Shown here piece by piece: positions 59,832-64,000 of a DNA stretch of 64,000 nucleotides; the first letter of the stretch is position 1; every line of letters starts with the position of its first letter. Below the pieces are notes generated by a model that did not search any database, had not been told where the DNA came from, and was given only the letters and a program-made list of their open reading frames with translations. The position numbers and the translations under genes were made by a program. Source of the DNA: Pelagomonas calceolata (Eukaryota); assembly GCA_918797485.1 (NCBI GenBank), contig CAKKNE010000002.1:2604001-2668000 (forward strand), written 5' to 3'.

Positions 59832-61238
59832 ATGTCCGCGTCGCTCGTCGCCCACCGCTACCGGACGCACAAGCGCCTAGGAGCCGGTTCCTTTGGGGAG
59901 ATTTTTGTTGGATCCGACGTCAACACGGGATTGCGAGTCGCCATGAAGTTCGAGAAGCACGGCCTGCGGTGTCCCCAGTTAAGGCACGAGTATAAGGTGT
60001 ATCGAGAACTGCAAGGGTGTAGAGGTGTCTGCAAGGTCCAATATTATGGGACCCACAACAACTTCAACGTCATGGTCCTGGACTTGCTGGGACCGTCTCT
60101 CGAAGAATTGTTCACGAAGTGCGGGAGACGGTTCTCGCTAAAAACAACATTGAAATTGGCGGACCAGATGTTGGAGCGGTGCGAAGCGTTGCACGGTAGA
60201 CATCTCATACATAGGGACGTGAAGCCGGCGAACTTCACGATGGGCGACGCTTCTTCCTCGCCGCTAGTTTATTGCATCGACTTCGGCCTGTCCAAAAGAT
60301 TTAGGAACCCGCATACCCTTCAACACATTCCCCATCGAGTGGGGAAAAGTCTCACTGGAACACCTAGATACGCCTCCATTTCCAATCATTTGGGCATCGA
60401 ACAGAGTCGTCGAGATGATTTGGAGGCGGTTGGCTATGTACTCGTATACTTCGCGAAAGGTAGGTTGCCCTGGCAAGGTCTGAAAGCCAAGTCGGCCCAC
60501 AAGAAGTACAAGCTCATCCTAGATAAAAAGCAGGAAATTAGCATTGCGCAACTGTGCCACGGCTGCCCGGCGCAGTTCGCGGAGTACCTGTCGTACTGTA
60601 GAAGCTTGAAATTTGACGCGTCGCCGAACGTGGCTTATCTGCGGAGACTCTTCCGCGACCTCTACTCGACGAGCGGCCACGACGTCGCGCAGATCGCGGC
60701 GAACGACTGGGACTGGATGGCGAATGCCGACGTCCGCGTCGACGCCACTACCGCGCAAGCGTATGGCGCTAGACCAGATACGGCGCAAGCGAGACGGGCC
60801 ACGTCCGCTCGGCCCGGAGCAAGACCCGCACGCCCGCAGTCGGCGTCGGCCCAACGGCCGGCAAACGAGGAGCAGTTCTACGCGCCGCCTGGGCGCAGCG
60901 CGTCGCGGGGCTACGACTACGGCGGCGACCGTTATGCTTCTCGTAGACCGCGCACGGCGACGGCGCGGGTCGGCGAGACGGACCCCGAGCGGCGTTGGGC
61001 CGCGCGCGGCTCGCGCGAGGCGCCCGCGCAACCGGCGCGGCGCGAGCGGCCCCAGTCTGCCGCGGCAGCGCCGTCCTACCAACAAAGACCGTCGGCGTCG
61101 TCGCGCTCGGGTGGTCGGGGCGGCGACGACGGCGCGCACGTCGTCGCCGGCGCGCGGTCCATGATGGGCCTCGCGCGCGCGCGGTCCGCGCGGTCCGCGG
61201 GCGGCGGCGCGCGGCCGCGGACGTCTTCGCGCGGATAG
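59832..61238 (+). CDS. CK1: Casein kinase I with low-complexity C-terminal tail
   Basis: LGAGSFGEIF, PQLRHEY, DLLGPSLEELF, HRDVKPANF, IDFGLSK, KSLTGTPRYAS, EQSRRDDLE, LPWQGLKA. Confidence 0.97.
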   Translation: MSASLVAHRYRTHKRLGAGSFGEIFVGSDVNTGLRVAMKFEKHGLRCPQLRHEYKVYRELQGCRGVCKVQYYGTHNNFNVMVLDLLGPSLEELFTKCGRRFSLKTTLKLADQMLERCEALHGRHLIHRDVKPANFTMGDASSSPLVYCIDFGLSKRFRNPHTLQHIPHRVGKSLTGTPRYASISNHLGIEQSRRDDLEAVGYVLVYFAKGRLPWQGLKAKSAHKKYKLILDKKQEISIAQLCHGCPAQFAEYLSYCRSLKFDASPNVAYLRRLFRDLYSTSGHDVAQIAANDWDWMANADVRVDATTAQAYGARPDTAQARRATSARPGARPARPQSASAQRPANEEQFYAPPGRSASRGYDYGGDRYASRRPRTATARVGETDPERRWAARGSREAPAQPARRERPQSAAAAPSYQQRPSASSRSGGRGGDDGAHVVAGARSMMGLARARSARSAGGGARPRTSSRG

Positions 61239-61303
61239 TAGTAGAGAGACACTCGCGCGTTCCTTAATACTTCCGTCCTATACATGAAATAGATTTTACG
61301 TAG

Positions 61304-63385
61304 TTAACTCGACACCGGGACCCCGAGCCGCTCGAAGTACGCGTCCTCCCGGAACGGCCGGCCCAGGAACGCCTCCATCATCGCGGCGCCGCCGGCCGCG
61401 GCGCCGGGCTCGAGCACGCACTCGCGGAAGCGGCGCCCCGCGGCCGCGTCGAGCTCGTCGCCGAACTGTTTGTACGCGTCGACGGCGTTGACCTCGCTCC
61501 AGAGGTACGAGTAGTAGCCCGCGTCGTACCCGATGCACATATGGTACCACGTCGACGCGAAGTGTGTCCCGGGCGCTTCGGTGAAACCTGCAGTCTCCCT
61601 ATAAATTTCCTGCCAAAGACCACACGCGTCGACGTCGGCGGCTGACGCGAGCGAGTGCATGGCCATGTCGTAGCGACACATCGCAATATACCTCGCGTTG
61701 CCCAAACCGGCTAGGAGGTGCCGGTTCTCCGCGAGCGCCTCGATCGTTTTTGACGGCAGCGAGGCACCCGTCTCCGCGTGCGGCCTGGCAATCTTCGCCA
61801 AGACCGCAGGCGCGTACCTGCGCGGGCGACCCGTGACGCGGCGATGGCGTGGGGGCCGCGTAGAAGCAGACAACGTTTCGGACGCGGCCGCCGCGTACAC
61901 AAACTGCTGCGTGAGCATCGACGGCACCTCCAACATATCCATCTCGACGCCGCCCGGCCAGGGCACCATGGGCCAGGCCCAGCCGAGAATCGACGGCTTC
62001 GGCGCGCCGGCGAGGGCGTGGAAAACGTGGCCCAGTTCATGTAATAATGTTTCGACCTCGCGGAAGCGTAATCTTCCATTCGCGTCGCCCATGTTGCCGA
62101 GCACGGCGCAACAATTCGGCGCGCCGTTCACAAGTGCCGGCCGCAGGGGCACGACCATCTGATGGCCGAACTTGCCGTCCCTCGACTTGAGGTCTAAAGC
62201 CACGTGGCCCACTATGATATCGTCCTTTGCGACCTCATATAATTCGCAGTCGTCGTGCCAGAGTTGTGCGTCGTCGAGCGGGCCGCGCACCGTAAATCCA
62301 AATAAGTCCTCGCCCAAGGCTTTGATCGTCGCGGGGACCACTTCAGACGCGGGAAAGTGGGGCTTGAGCGCCTCCTCGTCGATGCCTTTCGATTCTCGGA
62401 TCTGTCGACCGAAATACGCCGTGTCCCACGGGTCCAGGGCGTCGGCGCCGGGCGTCTCGCTCCTTTTCAACGCGAGGAGCGACGCGTAGTCCTCGTCGCG
62501 CTTCGGCTTCAGGCGCGTGACGACGCGATCCAGGAAGGCGTTCACCTCGTCCGGCGACGAGGCCATGTTGCCCTTTAGCGTCCCTTCGGCGTGGCTCGCG
62601 AAGCCCAGGAGTCCCGCTATCTGGGCGCGCAGCGCTACGACCCTATTCAGGCGCCGCGCGTTCTCCGGGCAGCGCGAGGTTCCTGCAATATAAGCCTTGC
62701 GCCGCGCCGCGGGGTCCCGCGCGTGCTGCAATACGGGCGTGAGGGTGGGGGCTTTGAGTGATACGAGCAATTTGTCGCCGTCTCCGACGGGAAGGGCGTC
62801 CACCAGGGCCGCGGGCACGCCCTCGAGCTCGTCGCGCGTCAGTGCGACAGTAGATGAGTCGCCGTTGATCTCTTGTTCCATGGCGGCGCACTCGGCTCCT
62901 AGCTCTAGCTTCAGCTTCGCGACTTGTTCGCGCGCAGCGGCATCGGCGAGCGCGAGGCCATTCGCCTCGAAGCGCGCAACGTGCTTATCGCGTGCGCGCG
63001 CCAGCAGAGGATCCGTCGTCTCGGACGCCTTGATGGCGTCGTAAAGAGCCTTGCGGCCGTAACAGGTTCCGAACGCATCGATAATGCTTCGTTTCGCCGC
63101 AGCACCAGCATCACGTGCCGCGGCGTCCGTCGCCACGAGCGCCGGTAAGCAAACTTCAGCGGACCCTACTGCGACGGCGTCCGTGGCACGAGTCCACGCT
63201 GCTAGTGCGTCTTGTGCATTGCCGCTTTCTATGTCAGTCGCTGCGGCCTCGAGGCCGCTCACGAGCGCTGCAGCAGTATCTCTAATCTCTGCTGCTCCAA
63301 GCCGCAGTCTGAGCTGCGTGTGCGGGCACCGCATCGCTCGGGCTGCAGTGAGGAGAATGATTGCGCGATGAATTGGGTGCAGCAT
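61304..63385 (-). CDS. Peptidase M3 (thimet oligopeptidase/neurolysin-like); in-frame intron 61818-61898
   Basis: LR.QIA.LLGF.SHA, L.PWD..YF, DL.SRDGKFGH, VETLLHELGHVFH, VEMDMLEVPS, GYDAGYYSYLWSEV. Confidence 0.93.
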   Translation of the reverse strand: MLHPIHRAIILLTAARAMRCPHTQLRLRLGAAEIRDTAAALVSGLEAAATDIESGNAQDALAAWTRATDAVAVGSAEVCLPALVATDAAARDAGAAAKRSIIDAFGTCYGRKALYDAIKASETTDPLLARARDKHVARFEANGLALADAAAREQVAKLKLELGAECAAMEQEINGDSSTVALTRDELEGVPAALVDALPVGDGDKLLVSLKAPTLTPVLQHARDPAARRKAYIAGTSRCPENARRLNRVVALRAQIAGLLGFASHAEGTLKGNMASSPDEVNAFLDRVVTRLKPKRDEDYASLLALKRSETPGADALDPWDTAYFGRQIRESKGIDEEALKPHFPASEVVPATIKALGEDLFGFTVRGPLDDAQLWHDDCELYEVAKDDIIVGHVALDLKSRDGKFGHQMVVPLRPALVNGAPNCCAVLGNMGDANGRLRFREVETLLHELGHVFHALAGAPKPSILGWAWPMVPWPGGVEMDMLEVPSMLTQQFVYAAAASETLSASTRPPRHRRVTGRPRRYAPAVLAKIARPHAETGASLPSKTIEALAENRHLLAGLGNARYIAMCRYDMAMHSLASAADVDACGLWQEIYRETAGFTEAPGTHFASTWYHMCIGYDAGYYSYLWSEVNAVDAYKQFGDELDAAAGRRFRECVLEPGAAAGGAAMMEAFLGRPFREDAYFERLGVPVSS
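61818..61898 (-). mobile_element. 81-nt stop-free introner-like intron with 7-bp direct repeat
   Basis: Minus strand GTACGCG...CGCAG|GTACGCG; contains CACGCCATCGCCGCG; removal restores QQFVYAPAVL after the EVPS motif. Confidence 0.75.
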
Positions 63386-63446
63386 GCACAGCTCACCAAT
63401 GGGCTATGCCGTGCAGAATGCCTTGCTTTGCCGCGGCACTGGCTTG

Positions 63447-63468
63447 CTAGTGTCTTACAGGACGCTAG
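63447..63468 (+). promoter_or_regulatory. CTAG dyad element (GCTTG-CTAG-TGTCTTACAGGACG-CTAG-C)
   Basis: Consensus copy between divergent ATGs 63385 and 63564. Confidence 0.75.
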
Positions 63469-63563
63469 CTGCCTACCGGCGGCCCACGCACGCGCTTTGT
63501 CCGGAGGAGCGTTTGAGACTGCTCTTTGACAGCTCAAACATAGCACGACTCGCTACCGCAGCG

Positions 63564-64000
63564 ATGGCCGCCGAAAAAGCCGCCGACGGCGGCCCACCCA
63601 TACCGGACTGGGCCGCCGGCGACGCGGCGACGGAGGCGCCCTTCGTGCTCGAAGTGATCAAGGACGGCGTGCCCGTCGACGAGATACCATTGACGGCGGC
63701 GCGCTGCCTCGTGGGTCGGGCGGCCGACGCCGTGCAGGTGCCGCTCGCGCACGCGTCCATCAGTCGAGTGCACGCCTGCTTCCAGCGGTCGACGGACGGT
63801 TTGTTGTATGTGGCCGACTGCGCGTCGTCGCACGGCTCGCGGCTCAACAAAGCGCCGTTGCCAGCTCTGAAATATGTGGAAGCGCGCGACGGCGACGTGC
63901 TGCAGTTCGGGGCTTCCACGCGTATCTTCGCGTTACATAAGAGAGGACGGGAGCGCGCCGAACGAGCATTGTTAGACACGGCGACCGCGGACGCGTCCGC
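63564..64000 (+). CDS. FHA-domain protein (kanadaptin/NIPP1-like N-terminus), runs off the window; absent from the ORF track
   Basis: Translated by hand: PPIPDWA...LEVIKDG...LVGR...LAHASISRVHA...DCASSHGSRLN...GDVLQFGASTR. Confidence 0.88.
   Translation, partial: MAAEKAADGGPPIPDWAAGDAATEAPFVLEVIKDGVPVDEIPLTAARCLVGRAADAVQVPLAHASISRVHACFQRSTDGLLYVADCASSHGSRLNKAPLPALKYVEARDGDVLQFGASTRIFALHKRGRERAERALLDTATADAS

Noticed and set aside
2729..63468. CTAG dyad repeats as a CRISPR array or integron attC-like cassette sites
   Set aside because: Copies are kilobases apart, in both orientations and at 5' ends of eukaryotic housekeeping genes; no cas or integrase gene is present
452..63979. Numerous 60-380 aa overlapping or antisense ORFs rich in R/A/P/G
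   Set aside because: Expected shadow frames of GC3-rich genes; no recognisable motifs
1..64000. tRNA/rRNA genes, autonomous transposase or reverse transcriptase, nucleosome-scale CpG periodicity
   Set aside because: None recognised by eye; patchy GC/AT codon blocks are visible, but periodicity needs an autocorrelation analysis I cannot run

Overview
GC-rich, very gene-dense and nearly intron-free eukaryotic DNA. Bipartite signal peptide + 'AFAP/SFAP' plastid presequences, short repeat-derived introns and compact gene packing point to a photosynthetic stramenopile, most plausibly a pelagophyte (Pelagomonas/Aureococcus-like; inference). About 38 genes or gene fragments are present. Housekeeping genes include cofilin, V-ATPase d, SBDS, LST8, casein kinase I, myosin, M18/M3/M50 peptidases, a KEA-type antiporter, a cyclic-nucleotide-binding K+ channel, ZW10-like and thymidine kinase. 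Main unexplained structure: a 20-25 bp dyad element, consensus (GCTTG)CTAG-TGTCTTAC-n(2-4)-CG-CTAG(C), occurs 15 times. It lies only in 5' intergenic DNA, once in each of 13 of 16 divergent gene pairs, in a layout where 23 consecutive genes alternate strand and convergent stops lie as little as 8 bp apart. It is a candidate general bidirectional promoter element. Second: a family of short dispersed repeats (core CACGCCATCG) forms introner-like introns, one with terminal inverted repeats and one with a 7-bp direct repeat. Unusual proteins: beta-propeller+arylamine N-acetyltransferase, 2OG-Fe(II) oxygenase+D-2-hydroxyacid dehydrogenase, a PA-ankyrin-polycystin channel with a C-terminal domain hidden behind an intron, and a KEA antiporter with QD->QN at the conserved acidic site. 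All family calls come from recalled motifs; no searches were run.
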